Sequence record: PZ452607.1
DNA: 48,737 nt
Source of the DNA: a phage
Strand: one strand, 5' to 3'
Part shown: positions 20,580 through 29,980 of the stretch, in pieces
How positions within the stretch are numbered: position 1 is the stretch's first letter
How the letters are laid out: every line of letters begins with the position of its first letter
Translations under genes and position numbers: made by a program
Notes under the pieces: model-generated
Seen by the model: only the letters and a program-made list of their open reading frames with translations
The model's database searches: none
Told to the model about the DNA's origin: nothing

Positions 20580-20807
20580 TTATATCGAGCAATCGTGAGA
20601 TTTGAAGTTTTTCTCTGATACATAGTTGAAGGAGAATGGGTATCCAGCACGCAATACCATCTCCTTTCCGCGCATCTTAGATCCAAAAACGTAAACCGAG
20701 TACTCCGCGCCGCCTGATTCATAAATTGCCGTGCAAGTGCGCTCAGGCATCGATGAGCAACCAGTCAGGATGAATGCCGCAGCGATAATGGTGATTAACT
20801 TTTTCAT
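20580..20807 (-). CDS. small lipoprotein, candidate Cor/Llp-like superinfection-exclusion protein
   Basis: Signal peptide with lipobox LTGC; two later Cys; own sigma70-like promoter; adjacent to receptor-binding tail genes as for known exclusion lipoproteins. Confidence 0.45.
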   Translation of the reverse strand: MKKLITIIAAAFILTGCSSMPERTCTAIYESGGAEYSVYVFGSKMRGKEMVLRAGYPFSFNYVSEKNFKSHDCSI

Positions 20808-20836
20808 TTGTATGTCCTCGTCGTTAGTGTGATTGC

Positions 20837-20865
20837 ATTGTATGTCGCATTTACTTTTATTGCAA
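20837..20865 (-). promoter_or_regulatory. sigma70-like promoter for lipoprotein gene (TTGCAA-17-TACAAT)
   Basis: Hexamers read on minus strand with 17-nt spacer, about 30 nt upstream of ATG. Confidence 0.45.
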
Positions 20866-20886
20866 TAGAGCGATTACAATTTTTTT

Positions 20887-21170
20887 CGTGTAACAGGCGT
20901 ATATTTTTGTAACCGGAATGGGTGTTACAAAATCGCCTCCATCCGACCGCAGGGAGATATGATAAAAACTCTATATAATATATATAGATAGATAATATTT
21001 AATTTTAGCTTTATATATATAATTATTGTTGTGTAACAGTTGTATATCGTGTAACAGGTGATTTGATTGATTCGTCAAATTTCTATCATGTATGTTCAAA
21101 ATTTAATCAATCTGGATTCTATTTGTAGGTATCTCTGTATTTCTAATAAAAAGCGGTTACAAGTGTTACG
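20887..21170. repeat. GTGTAACA(G) / GTGTTACA motif cluster in AT-rich control region
   Basis: Copies at 20887, 20921 (inverted), 21031, 21049, 21164; same motif as inverted pair at 40261 and 40286. Confidence 0.5.
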
Positions 21171-21275
21171 CAATAGACAGCGCATAAAAATCTACTTAAG
21201 CCATTGATTCTGTTGATGCTGGTTGTAACTTGAGCAATATAGACACGCAATTACACACTGATTACATGTATTCGA

Positions 21276-21303
21276 TTGACTAAACGCTGTTAATGGCTAT
21301 AAT
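21276..21303 (+). promoter_or_regulatory. sigma70-like promoter for recombination module (TTGACT-16-TATAAT)
   Basis: Near-consensus hexamers about 30 nt upstream of ATG 21335. Confidence 0.55.
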
Positions 21304-21334
21304 GGATTCATCGTAAACGAAGGAGATAAACGCA

Positions 21335-22399
21335 ATGTTCCAGGTATTCACATCAAGCCAGCTTTCTAACGACGAGTATCATAGAAACGAAGGTTGGGCG
21401 TCAGAGTATGTAAGCGGATCGAGTCTTGCAGAAATTTATCAGACCTGCCCTGCTAACTGGAGATTCAAGAAGAACGAGACAACGAAAACTCTGGAGTTCG
21501 GTACTCAGTCGCACACCAACTTTGAGAGTCGAGATCTGTTTACTGCAACGTATGCTAGATGCCCTGCTCCGTCAGAGTTTAAGGATCTGATTACTTCGCA
21601 GGCGGCGCTGGCAGCAAAATTAAAATCATTCGGCCTGAAAGGTACATCCGGTAAGCAGTACCCGGACCTCATCAAAATGATGGTTGATTGTGGTGAAGAA
21701 CTCAACGTTCAATACCTGATTGAACTGATCGCAGAAGCTGAGGCCCGTGCTGAAGGAAAACAACTTGTTGACGCGGACAAATACGACGCTTGCATGAAGA
21801 TGAGAGCCATCCTTGAGCAGAATCCCGATCATGAAGCGTGCATCAACAGTGAAACGGCGCAGCGTGAGATTTCAATCTTCGGTGAGATATCCGGCGTAAA
21901 AGTTAAGGTTCGACTTGACCATCTGGACTACAAAGAGAATGTTCCAGGTCGTGTCCTGACTGGTTATGATGAGAATGGCGATCCGGTATTTGAAGACGTA
22001 ATTTTCCCGGAAGCACTGATTATCACAGATTTCAAAACTACGATGAGCGCCAACCCGTTAGAGTTCCCGAGACTGGCATACAATCACGGCTATTACCTGA
22101 AGATGGCATTGCAGCATGACCTGCTACGACGCGCAATCCAGGCTGGAGCTTTTGAAGGTAACTTCCCGGAAGACATTCCGATCGTGGTTCGATTGCTTGC
22201 GCAGGAGAAAAAAGAGCCTTATATCGCACTGGCTTACCGTATGACTATGGAGCAAATCAGGATAGGTCGTAACCAGTACATTAGCGTAGTCCACACTTAC
22301 AAGGCTTGCTCTGAAATGGATGTTTGGCCTGGGTACGCTGGCGACGCAAGCGAGATCGAACTTGAAACGCCATCATGGGTGCGTTACCAAAATAAGTAA
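21335..22399 (+). CDS. putative recombination exonuclease (RecE/YqaJ-like)
   Basis: First gene of module followed by Erf-like and SSB genes; strong upstream promoter TTGACT-16-TATAAT; family assignment from context. Confidence 0.45.
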   Translation: MFQVFTSSQLSNDEYHRNEGWASEYVSGSSLAEIYQTCPANWRFKKNETTKTLEFGTQSHTNFESRDLFTATYARCPAPSEFKDLITSQAALAAKLKSFGLKGTSGKQYPDLIKMMVDCGEELNVQYLIELIAEAEARAEGKQLVDADKYDACMKMRAILEQNPDHEACINSETAQREISIFGEISGVKVKVRLDHLDYKENVPGRVLTGYDENGDPVFEDVIFPEALIITDFKTTMSANPLEFPRLAYNHGYYLKMALQHDLLRRAIQAGAFEGNFPEDIPIVVRLLAQEKKEPYIALAYRMTMEQIRIGRNQYISVVHTYKACSEMDVWPGYAGDASEIELETPSWVRYQNK

Positions 22400-22473
22400 A
22401 CGGCATAAATAGCTAAACAAATAATTAATGAGGTGTTATAATGCACCTCATACACCAATCAGGAGAAGTTAAG

Positions 22474-23121
22474 ATGCAATTATCACCAGAAACAAACGAA
22501 ATCCTTCCCGCACTGTTCAATGCTCGCAATAAATTTGCTAAAGCAAAGAAGGACGCAAAAAACAATCACCTGAAAAATTCATACGCAACTCTTGATGCAA
22601 TGATGGCTGCGGTTAGTCCGGCGCTAACCGACAACGATATTATGATCCTGCAATCAATGCTGGACACCAGCACTGAAACAACCTTCCATCTTGAAACGAT
22701 GCTGATTCACAAATCCGGGCAGTGGGCCAAATTCTTCATGATGATGCCGATTGCAAAGCGCGATCCGCAAGGCGTAGGTTCTGCAATGACGTATGCTCGA
22801 CGTTACTCATTAGCCGCAGCGCTGGGGATTAGCCAGAGTGATGACGATGCTCAGCTTGCAGTGAAATCCGTCAAGGACTGGAAAAAAGAACTTGATGCGT
22901 GTGAAGACATCGAGTCACTGAAAGATGTATGGGCCAACGCTTACCGCCAGACTGACACGGCGAGCAAGTCAATCATTCAGGATCACTACAACGCATTGAA
23001 GGCTAAATTTGAGATCGGTAAAGCTCGCGGCATTCGCCCGGCGCAACCGGAACAGAAAAAACAGGTTGAAGCAACAAGCGCGAAGCCTGTACAATCCCAA
23101 TCAATCACCAACTTCGAATAA
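22474..23121 (+). CDS. Erf-like single-strand annealing protein
   Basis: N-terminal pattern (..KFAKAKKDAKNNHLKNSYATLD..) resembles Erf family; sits between exonuclease and SSB. Confidence 0.5.
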   Translation: MQLSPETNEILPALFNARNKFAKAKKDAKNNHLKNSYATLDAMMAAVSPALTDNDIMILQSMLDTSTETTFHLETMLIHKSGQWAKFFMMMPIAKRDPQGVGSAMTYARRYSLAAALGISQSDDDAQLAVKSVKDWKKELDACEDIESLKDVWANAYRQTDTASKSIIQDHYNALKAKFEIGKARGIRPAQPEQKKQVEATSAKPVQSQSITNFE

Positions 23122-23167
23122 TCATCAGGGCGGCTTAGGTCGCCCATAAAATTTAGGAGAGAAAAAC

Positions 23168-23590
23168 ATGCATATTATCACTGGCGAGATCCGCAAAGAA
23201 CCAAAGATTCTTGAACGTAACGGCGGCAATACTTATATTATCGAACTGGCAGAAAGCTATAAGCCTCGTGATGGCGATCGCGAATACACCAACTACACGT
23301 TCTTTTTTAGCGACGGTGGGAAGCCAGGCCTTGCTGACTGGTATCGTGAAGCGTTCCAAGTTGGTCGAGTTATCTCAGTATCGTGCGAGACGTTGAAGAT
23401 CTCATCACGCGAACACAACGGAATGATTTACAATTCATTGCAGGCGGCTGACTTCCCTAAACTAGTATTTAGTCAACGAGGTCAAAGCAACCAGCAACAA
23501 CGAGCGCCTCAGCAACAACAGCGTTCTCAGCAGCAATCACAACCACAACCAAATCAACAATCAACATTTGACGACGATATTCCATTCTAA
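23168..23590 (+). CDS. ssb: single-stranded DNA-binding protein
   Basis: OB-fold-sized N-domain, Gln/Pro-rich linker and acidic C-terminal tail ending DDDIPF. Confidence 0.7.
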   Translation: MHIITGEIRKEPKILERNGGNTYIIELAESYKPRDGDREYTNYTFFFSDGGKPGLADWYREAFQVGRVISVSCETLKISSREHNGMIYNSLQAADFPKLVFSQRGQSNQQQRAPQQQQRSQQQSQPQPNQQSTFDDDIPF

Positions 23591-23595
23591 AGAGA

Positions 23596-23619
23596 AGCCC
23601 CGCATTGCGGGGCTTTTTA
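23596..23619. terminator. bidirectional terminator between SSB and tail fibre genes
   Basis: AGCCCCGC attg CGGGGCT flanked by T-rich tracts on both strands. Confidence 0.55.
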
Positions 23620-23651
23620 TTACTTCATCTCAATTGCCTTCGGAAATGAGT

Positions 23652-25838
23652 CTACGTATTTTTTAAGCTTTCAACAAACTCTCCAGATACCATTCTTTCA
23701 TGATTTCTTTTGCACTCTTCAACCTTCTTGTTGTAAATCGAGTCATTAGGCATCTCAACTCGAACGCTAACAAAAACATCACTCGGAATGTCAATAGGAT
23801 CTCCGTCGCTATACCCATCCTTATGATTTCTTGCGAATGAAGGCGCGTTATCATGAGTTCTATGATAAGTCTTGATAACCAAAGACCCATCAGGGTTAAC
23901 ATCATAATCTACCCACAATATAGGCTGTCCGTTAATGTCTTTTGGTATCTCTATACCACCATTAACACCACCCCACGCTAGATCAGAATTTAGTGATAAA
24001 CACCCCCTTATCAAATACTCGCCAGTAGAAATCCTCTCAACTGTACAACCTTCGCTCTCGTCGTTTGTTCTATGGCTCCCGTTGCCAAAAATATCAACGA
24101 TGGGCGAGGCTCTTTTTATAAATCCGTTAGAGTCAACGGTTGTATTGCCTGTATTCCATATAACCTGGGTAGATTGCCATTGCCCCGCTCCTGTCTGTTT
24201 TCTGAGCCTCACATCCTTATAGTGTGGAGAGGTCATTGATGCGTCTTCAATAACAAAACCGAAAGCACTACCATCTCCTTGACCGTTTCTATGACGAACA
24301 GATATAGCTGTGACCCATCCAACAGAATTAACATTGTAACTTGCAAGGCTGCTAGGCTGAGATGATAAGGCGTTAACATAATCTACCCAGCTTGATTTCT
24401 CGTTAGATGCCGGACTTGATACAACGTTACCGGAAGAACTTGCCTGAAACGGTATCCACGGAGAAAACTTTGCATTATTGCCGTTTTTCATCCTTATGTA
24501 AAAAGTGCCGCGACCCGCTCTTGCGTATTCGTTTTGAGAATTTCCAGATTCTGGGTCAGTACCCAAATAAGTAAAAGGCGTAAATCTCTGAATGCAAGCG
24601 CTTGCACCGTTAGCTCCATTAGGAAGAACCTCAAGCATACCTGCCGTAGCCTCAGGATAGCCCCTACTAGCGGTAGCTAAAGCACTTGATGATTGCATAT
24701 ATATTCCAGGGCCATCACCTTCACCAGTTATTGAATCAAGATGTTTTTCCCCTAAGTTAGTTCTATCAAGTTTGTAAACCTTTAGGCTTGTCCTTGCCTG
24801 CTCCTCGGTAGTTCCACCAGTGCCACCAAAATTAACCCCTAGAGCCTTGTTTTCACTTCCATCATGAGTCATGGCGCCCCAGTCGCCGCTATCCTTGACT
24901 ATCAGCTTAAATCCGGTCCTATCGTCATTTGAATAGATTTCCGTTAAATCTCCGCGAGGTTGATTTAATCTATTTACTGCTAGATTTTTCTTTGATTGCT
25001 CCTTGTCAGCAAGGCCAGAAAGATTTCCGTCCTTAGTTAAAAGATTGTCAGCATTAACGCTATTTGCTGCGTCCTGAGCTTCCTGAGCACTTACCGCTGC
25101 CGCGTCTTTAGCGCTAACCGCCGCATCGCGTGCTGCCTGGGCATCGTTTTTTGCTGAGGTTGCAGTTTGCGCCGCAGTCTGAGCATCATTAACATAGCCA
25201 GATAGATCGCCTTTAGCGTCATTGATTGCCTGAATGGCCGCCGCCTCTTCAGAGTTAATATGCGTAACGGCTGAATTTTCTTTTTGCTGCACATTAGTGA
25301 TAGCCTTGTCTTTTGCTGCATTAATGCTACCAATAGCGCTATCTGAGATTTGCTGCGTCTGGTTTTTTATTGAGATAGACTCGTCACGCGCTGAATTAGC
25401 TGAGTCGCGAGCAAGCTCCGCTTGATTCTGCGCAGCTTCTGCGGCTGATTTGTTTGACTTAATTTCTTGAACGATATTGTTCAGGTTGTCCATATCAAGA
25501 TCGGCAATAATATCCAATGCCGATGCGATCTCAGTCTCTTTGCTCTGGTAGTACCGAAGCGTCTCAGCGACGTTTTGCGCAAGACCGTTAACGGTCAATG
25601 AATCGTTAAGCAAGATCACATACTTACCGTCAGCGGCAGTCTGACCATCCGTAGAGATAGCCTTTAGCTCTGTGTCGCTCACAATGTCGCTGATTACCGC
25701 CAGTTTAATTGGTTGCTCCAGGAATACGATAGTTGCACCGACTCGAATCAGAGCAAGCTGATCTTTCCATTTTGTATCGGTTCCGTGAACCGTACCGTCT
25801 GCATCCATTGATGCAGTACCGCGTCTATATAAAGCCAT
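23652..25838 (-). CDS. tail fibre protein
   Basis: 728 aa; Ala/Gln/Ser-rich repetitive fibrous middle region and Gly-rich C-terminal domain; own promoter. Confidence 0.6.
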   Translation of the reverse strand: MALYRRGTASMDADGTVHGTDTKWKDQLALIRVGATIVFLEQPIKLAVISDIVSDTELKAISTDGQTAADGKYVILLNDSLTVNGLAQNVAETLRYYQSKETEIASALDIIADLDMDNLNNIVQEIKSNKSAAEAAQNQAELARDSANSARDESISIKNQTQQISDSAIGSINAAKDKAITNVQQKENSAVTHINSEEAAAIQAINDAKGDLSGYVNDAQTAAQTATSAKNDAQAARDAAVSAKDAAAVSAQEAQDAANSVNADNLLTKDGNLSGLADKEQSKKNLAVNRLNQPRGDLTEIYSNDDRTGFKLIVKDSGDWGAMTHDGSENKALGVNFGGTGGTTEEQARTSLKVYKLDRTNLGEKHLDSITGEGDGPGIYMQSSSALATASRGYPEATAGMLEVLPNGANGASACIQRFTPFTYLGTDPESGNSQNEYARAGRGTFYIRMKNGNNAKFSPWIPFQASSSGNVVSSPASNEKSSWVDYVNALSSQPSSLASYNVNSVGWVTAISVRHRNGQGDGSAFGFVIEDASMTSPHYKDVRLRKQTGAGQWQSTQVIWNTGNTTVDSNGFIKRASPIVDIFGNGSHRTNDESEGCTVERISTGEYLIRGCLSLNSDLAWGGVNGGIEIPKDINGQPILWVDYDVNPDGSLVIKTYHRTHDNAPSFARNHKDGYSDGDPIDIPSDVFVSVRVEMPNDSIYNKKVEECKRNHERMVSGEFVESLKNT

Positions 25839-25857
25839 AGTATAAACTCCTTAAGTA

Positions 25858-25878
25858 AATAGCACGAATTGCTAAGCA
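25858..25878 (+). promoter_or_regulatory. box copy within tail-fibre leader
   Basis: AAATAGCACGAATTGCTAAGC; lies downstream of the minus-strand fibre promoter. Confidence 0.4.
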
Positions 25879-25881
25879 ATG

Positions 25882-25910
25882 ATTTTATCATTGTGATACC
25901 TGCCTTGCAA
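25882..25910 (-). promoter_or_regulatory. sigma70-like promoter for tail fibre gene (TTGCAA-17-TAAAAT)
   Basis: Hexamers on minus strand; box copy lies in the predicted 5' UTR. Confidence 0.5.
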
Positions 25911-25914
25911 TGGG

Positions 25915-25939
25915 CAATAAAAAACCGCCCGAAGGCGGT
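25915..25939 (-). terminator. intrinsic terminator of primase gene
   Basis: ACCGCC cgaa GGCGGT then T-run on minus strand. Confidence 0.5.
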
Positions 25940-26874
25940 TAGAGTAGGTCACTTGCTGAGAATAATTTGGCTTGCATTCCTGAGCGGTATCCTCCGGGAT
26001 TCGGTATGATTATTTTTAATTGTCTGTCGTCTGCCATGTACAAGGTATCCTTGTCTGAAGGTTCACACGCCACCCTTACCTCTCGATCACCTTTATACCT
26101 GTATGCAACCATTTCGAGGTTTTCAGGGGTGAAGCAGGCCCATACCTCTTGCTTTGTGTGAAATGCAATATGCTGAGCATCAATCCAGTTAAGGCATAAG
26201 TAGATCGCCTTTTCAGTTTTACCAGTCACGGCAACCGAGCAACTCGTGTATTTCTTCGCATAAAATGACTCTCTTCCTTCTTCATCAATAATCAAAATAT
26301 TGCAAAACTCATCATCAAGCCCATCCTCGTGCACAAGTTGACACGGTATAGTGTGAAATACGCTCTCTCTTCCATCCTCGCTACGCTTTATACCGACATC
26401 GAATGATTCGGTGGGTAGTGACTCAAACACGCTCAACGGCGTATTTACACGTTTCTCTGTGCGCTCCATAACCTTCATCACCGCCTCATGTTCAGCCATC
26501 ATGACATTGACACCTGACACCGGAGTCCGGCGCGCTTTCTTGTTTGCCTTGACGATGTATTCCTGCGGAACCTTTCCGAGAAATCTTCCCAGGATGTTTA
26601 CGCATTCGCTGTACGGCATACCAGTCAACTTCATCAGCCAGCCAATACCAGAGTCGTTACCGCATGAGTTGCAGATCGCACCGCCGTCGCCCGGGGTGTT
26701 CAGGTTATCAGTCCAGCGAAATCGGTCTTTACCGCCGCAGTTGGGGCAGGGTTGGTGCTTCTTATTAAAAACATTATTCGGCAATCCGCAGATTGATTGG
26801 AAAGCCTCGCGCCATAACCCCTTCATGTACGGTAAAACGTCCTCTTTCTGAAACATCATAAATTCTTCGTTCAC
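25939..26874 (-). CDS. DNA primase-like protein (Zn-ribbon plus probable TOPRIM)
   Basis: CPNCGG...CNSCG zinc ribbon near N-terminus; acidic-motif region; replication gene neighbourhood. Confidence 0.5.
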   Translation of the reverse strand: MNEEFMMFQKEDVLPYMKGLWREAFQSICGLPNNVFNKKHQPCPNCGGKDRFRWTDNLNTPGDGGAICNSCGNDSGIGWLMKLTGMPYSECVNILGRFLGKVPQEYIVKANKKARRTPVSGVNVMMAEHEAVMKVMERTEKRVNTPLSVFESLPTESFDVGIKRSEDGRESVFHTIPCQLVHEDGLDDEFCNILIIDEEGRESFYAKKYTSCSVAVTGKTEKAIYLCLNWIDAQHIAFHTKQEVWACFTPENLEMVAYRYKGDREVRVACEPSDKDTLYMADDRQLKIIIPNPGGYRSGMQAKLFSASDLL

Positions 26875-26935
26875 TTCCAGATCTCCAAAATAAAAAACGC
26901 GTAGAAGGATGTTAACCCGCTACGCGTCGTTTGTT

Positions 26936-27388
26936 TTAACTAAAAATGCTATTGGTCGTTCCGATATCTTCCCTCTTCACGACGCGCATAAATTTCTTGT
27001 TCTTGCATCGCTTCTCAAGGCACTTGCCGTTACCGTCAAACTTCAGGTCGAATCGCAACCATGCGGCCCTAAACCCTTTGCACCCCTGTCGGCGGTAAGC
27101 ACGATGCGCAGCTTCAGCGCCTTGCCATGAAATCATATTGCGTTCTTTCCAGCCTTGCACCGTCTGATTGCTAACCTTCAGAGCCTTTGCGCAGGCCGCC
27201 GGGCCGCCGTAATATTCGATAAGGGCATCAAGTCGCGCTCGCAGTCCGGCGCGCGTTTCTTCTTTATGAATATAGAACCCGCAACGCTGGCGAGGCTTTT
27301 TATCTTTACCGCGCCGTGTTCCGTTGTTACCATTGATGTGACGTTTATCGATTTCACCAGTTGACTCTGCGATACGTTGAATACTCAT
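26936..27388 (-). CDS. putative HTH DNA-binding protein
   Basis: Segment GGPAACAKALKVSNQTVQGWK resembles an HTH; basic protein; divergent from helicase gene. Confidence 0.4.
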   Translation of the reverse strand: MSIQRIAESTGEIDKRHINGNNGTRRGKDKKPRQRCGFYIHKEETRAGLRARLDALIEYYGGPAACAKALKVSNQTVQGWKERNMISWQGAEAAHRAYRRQGCKGFRAAWLRFDLKFDGNGKCLEKRCKNKKFMRVVKREDIGTTNSIFS

Positions 27389-27400
27389 CTTGATTCCCCT

Positions 27401-27444
27401 ATAGCACTTTTTGCTAAAAACGTTTACTTTATGCCGTGTATTAT
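27401..27444 (+). promoter_or_regulatory. box + hairpin + -10 element upstream of helicase
   Basis: ATAGCACTTTTTGCTAAAAAC, 22-nt spacer, TATTAT; inverted repeat AACGTTTAC/GTAAACGTT around -10. Confidence 0.5.
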
Positions 27445-27487
27445 AGCGTAAACGTTACAACGATTCAAAGGATTAATAGCCGTGACA

Positions 27488-29500
27488 ATGAACATTAAAA
27501 AACAGATTGCATTACTTGGCGATGACTATATAAAGAGAACTCAGGAGCGATTTACTGTTGGTGAGGTTGTTCCTTATCCGTACCAGGTTGTTGCTTATGC
27601 CGAGATCGCGAAACGCCTATCAAATTACGAGCATCCATTCTTCGTTAAAGCGTCTGTATCCGCAGGTAAGACAATCATCTTCGCTATGGTGGCAAAGCAG
27701 TGTCAGAAAATGGGCTTAAAAATGCTTGTCCTGGCTCGTCAGGGTGAGATTGTCGATCAGGATAGCGAAGAGATCGACAACTTTGGGGTAACGAACTCCA
27801 TCTTCTCAGCGTCACTTGGAATCAAGTCCTGCTACTTCCCGATCGTGGTTGGCTCAGAGGGTACTGTTGCAAATGGCCTCGACAATGAGTTAGCTGATTT
27901 CGTCCCGCATGTAATTGGGATCGACGAATGTCACCAGGTGGATTGGGAAGACCTTGCGCAAGCCATCGAGGGTAAGGAAACAATGGAACAAATGAGGGGC
28001 GAGAAAGGGAAAATTATCATGGACGGAGATATTCCCCTGATTGGTAATGATGGAAAGCCTTTGCTTGGAACTAAGCGCAGTCAGTACACGATCGTAATCA
28101 TGGAAATGATGCGGCGCTGTAAAAAGGTTCACGGTCACGATCTCAGAATATTTGGTATGACTGGATCTGAATTTCGTGGCGTAGTTCCTATTCTGGTAGA
28201 GAATCCGAAAGCATTGGGATTCTGGCGTGAGCGAGTAACTGATATCGACACAAACTATCTGATTGAGTTCGGCTCTGTCGTTCCGACTATATTCGGATCA
28301 ACAGACGGAGTTCATTACGATCTTGATAAGTTCAAGGCGTCTAGCGAGGACGGAGTGCAGGACTTTACAGAGAAAGACATGAAGGCTATGGAAGATGAGA
28401 TCCTTCATGATAAATCTCTGACTCAGCGAATCATGCAAATGGTCGCCAAAAAGGCAGAAGAACGCAATGCGGTCCTGATTACATGTGCTGGTGTGCGCCA
28501 CTGCAAAGAGGCAGCGGCAGCACTTCCTCCGGGAAGCACCTATGCAATTATTACTGGCGACACAGACAACAAAGCGCGCAAGAAGATTCTTGACGATGTA
28601 AGGGCCGGAAAAATTAAATACACCTTTCAGGTAATGGCGCTCACTACTGGCGTTAACGTTCCAAATTGGGATTTCAGTGTCATACTCCGCAAGATAGGAT
28701 CGCTCACTCTGTTGATTCAACTTTTGGGTAGGGGTATGCGACTGCTTAAATACTGGCAGGTTGCTGAAGGAATGGTTAAGCAGGACCATCTGGTATGGGA
28801 TTTTGCAGGTACGATGGATGAGCTGGGTCAGCTTTATTTCGATCCGATACTTGAGCAGGCGCAATTCCAGAAGCGTTTTGAAAACGGCAAAGATCCGAAA
28901 ACATGTCCGAAATGCGGTTGCGTAAATAGCTTCTATGCTCGACGATGCGTTAATGTCATTGATGGTGAGCGTTGCGATCATTTCTGGACTTCTCAGATTT
29001 GTGAGGACCAGGTTGACGAGCGAACCGGGAAAATCCTTGTTAAAGGATGCGGTGCAGAGAATGACGTTGTTGCGCGAGTCTGTCGTTGTTGTGATGCTTC
29101 TCTTGTCGATCCTAACCTGAAGTTATCCGGTAAGGCGTACACCAAGAATGACTGGTATGAAGTAAAGAATTTTGAGGTTACGCTAACCAAAAACCAGAAA
29201 GGCATAATATACAAATACACTCTGATTAACGACGATGGTGATGAGTTCAAGGCGTATGAAAAATTCTTCCCCGAGTCTGACTCTAAGATTTGCGGTACGC
29301 TATGGAAAACTAAAGGTGTACTTCCTCATGTGTCAGATCCTAAAATGCGCCGCTACTTTATCGGAATGAAGAACGCCATCAAGATTTTGCAATACTCACA
29401 TCATATTGCTCACCCGGTGCGCGTAACTCATCGTCGCAACCAGAAGAAAGAAGATATCATCTCACGCAAAGACTTCGGTATGGAGGATATCCCGGAATGA
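27488..29500 (+). CDS. superfamily-2 helicase with C-terminal Cys-rich zinc-binding region
   Basis: Walker A SAGKT, DECH box, later helicase motifs, C-terminal CxxC clusters; alternative GTG start at 27482. Confidence 0.7.
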   Translation: MNIKKQIALLGDDYIKRTQERFTVGEVVPYPYQVVAYAEIAKRLSNYEHPFFVKASVSAGKTIIFAMVAKQCQKMGLKMLVLARQGEIVDQDSEEIDNFGVTNSIFSASLGIKSCYFPIVVGSEGTVANGLDNELADFVPHVIGIDECHQVDWEDLAQAIEGKETMEQMRGEKGKIIMDGDIPLIGNDGKPLLGTKRSQYTIVIMEMMRRCKKVHGHDLRIFGMTGSEFRGVVPILVENPKALGFWRERVTDIDTNYLIEFGSVVPTIFGSTDGVHYDLDKFKASSEDGVQDFTEKDMKAMEDEILHDKSLTQRIMQMVAKKAEERNAVLITCAGVRHCKEAAAALPPGSTYAIITGDTDNKARKKILDDVRAGKIKYTFQVMALTTGVNVPNWDFSVILRKIGSLTLLIQLLGRGMRLLKYWQVAEGMVKQDHLVWDFAGTMDELGQLYFDPILEQAQFQKRFENGKDPKTCPKCGCVNSFYARRCVNVIDGERCDHFWTSQICEDQVDERTGKILVKGCGAENDVVARVCRCCDASLVDPNLKLSGKAYTKNDWYEVKNFEVTLTKNQKGIIYKYTLINDDGDEFKAYEKFFPESDSKICGTLWKTKGVLPHVSDPKMRRYFIGMKNAIKILQYSHHIAHPVRVTHRRNQKKEDIISRKDFGMEDIPE

Positions 29501-29913
29501 TTACAGACAAAGGTGATTATTTAGAATTTTACGAGAGAGACACAAGCGACACTCGAAAGGAGGATGCTCATCAGGTGGATTGTGTATCTTGGCTGAAATA
29601 CAATTTTCCTCACCTTCTATTTTGGCACACTGTCAATGAAGGTGAAAAAACAATCACATCGGCGCTCAGGGATGAGCAGGCAGGATTACTTAAAGGCGTG
29701 TCAGACTTCGTTATCCTGATTGGTGTTAACTCACGATACCCGTTTGCAGCAATCGAACTTAAGCGGGTTAATAAGTCAGGCAAAGGAAAGGCGTCACCAG
29801 TCAGCGACAAGCAAAGGGAATTTCTCCAAAAGGTCAGGGAGCGTGGCGGCTTCTCTGCCGTCGCATACGGATTCGGGCAATTCAAGATCGCAATTTACGA
29901 AATGATGAAATAG
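29497..29913 (+). CDS. VRR-NUC domain nuclease
   Basis: PD-(D/E)xK-like D..ELK core; overlaps helicase stop, a common helicase/VRR-NUC pairing. Confidence 0.55.
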   Translation: MITDKGDYLEFYERDTSDTRKEDAHQVDCVSWLKYNFPHLLFWHTVNEGEKTITSALRDEQAGLLKGVSDFVILIGVNSRYPFAAIELKRVNKSGKGKASPVSDKQREFLQKVRERGGFSAVAYGFGQFKIAIYEMMK

Positions 29914-29953
29914 CACTTTTTGTTAAAACTGCCGGGATGGAATCTGGCATTAT
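29909..29953 (+). promoter_or_regulatory. box + -10 element upstream of methyltransferase
   Basis: AATAGCACTTTTTGTTAAAAC, 22 nt, CATTAT; TAG of box is the stop of VRR-NUC gene. Confidence 0.45.
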
Positions 29954-29980
29954 TATCTCACCAAAACGAGAGGAATAAAA

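Noticed and set aside
26411-26851. 146-aa ORF on the plus strand
   Set aside because: Antisense to the primase-like gene and nested within it; no RBS; treated as spurious, like the other short antisense ORFs inside large genes (e.g. 182..463, 10834..11094, 13068..13355).
28298-28981. 227-aa ORF on the minus strand
   Set aside because: Lies entirely antisense within the helicase gene, which has clear conserved motifs; no RBS or promoter context; low-complexity translation. Treated as spurious.
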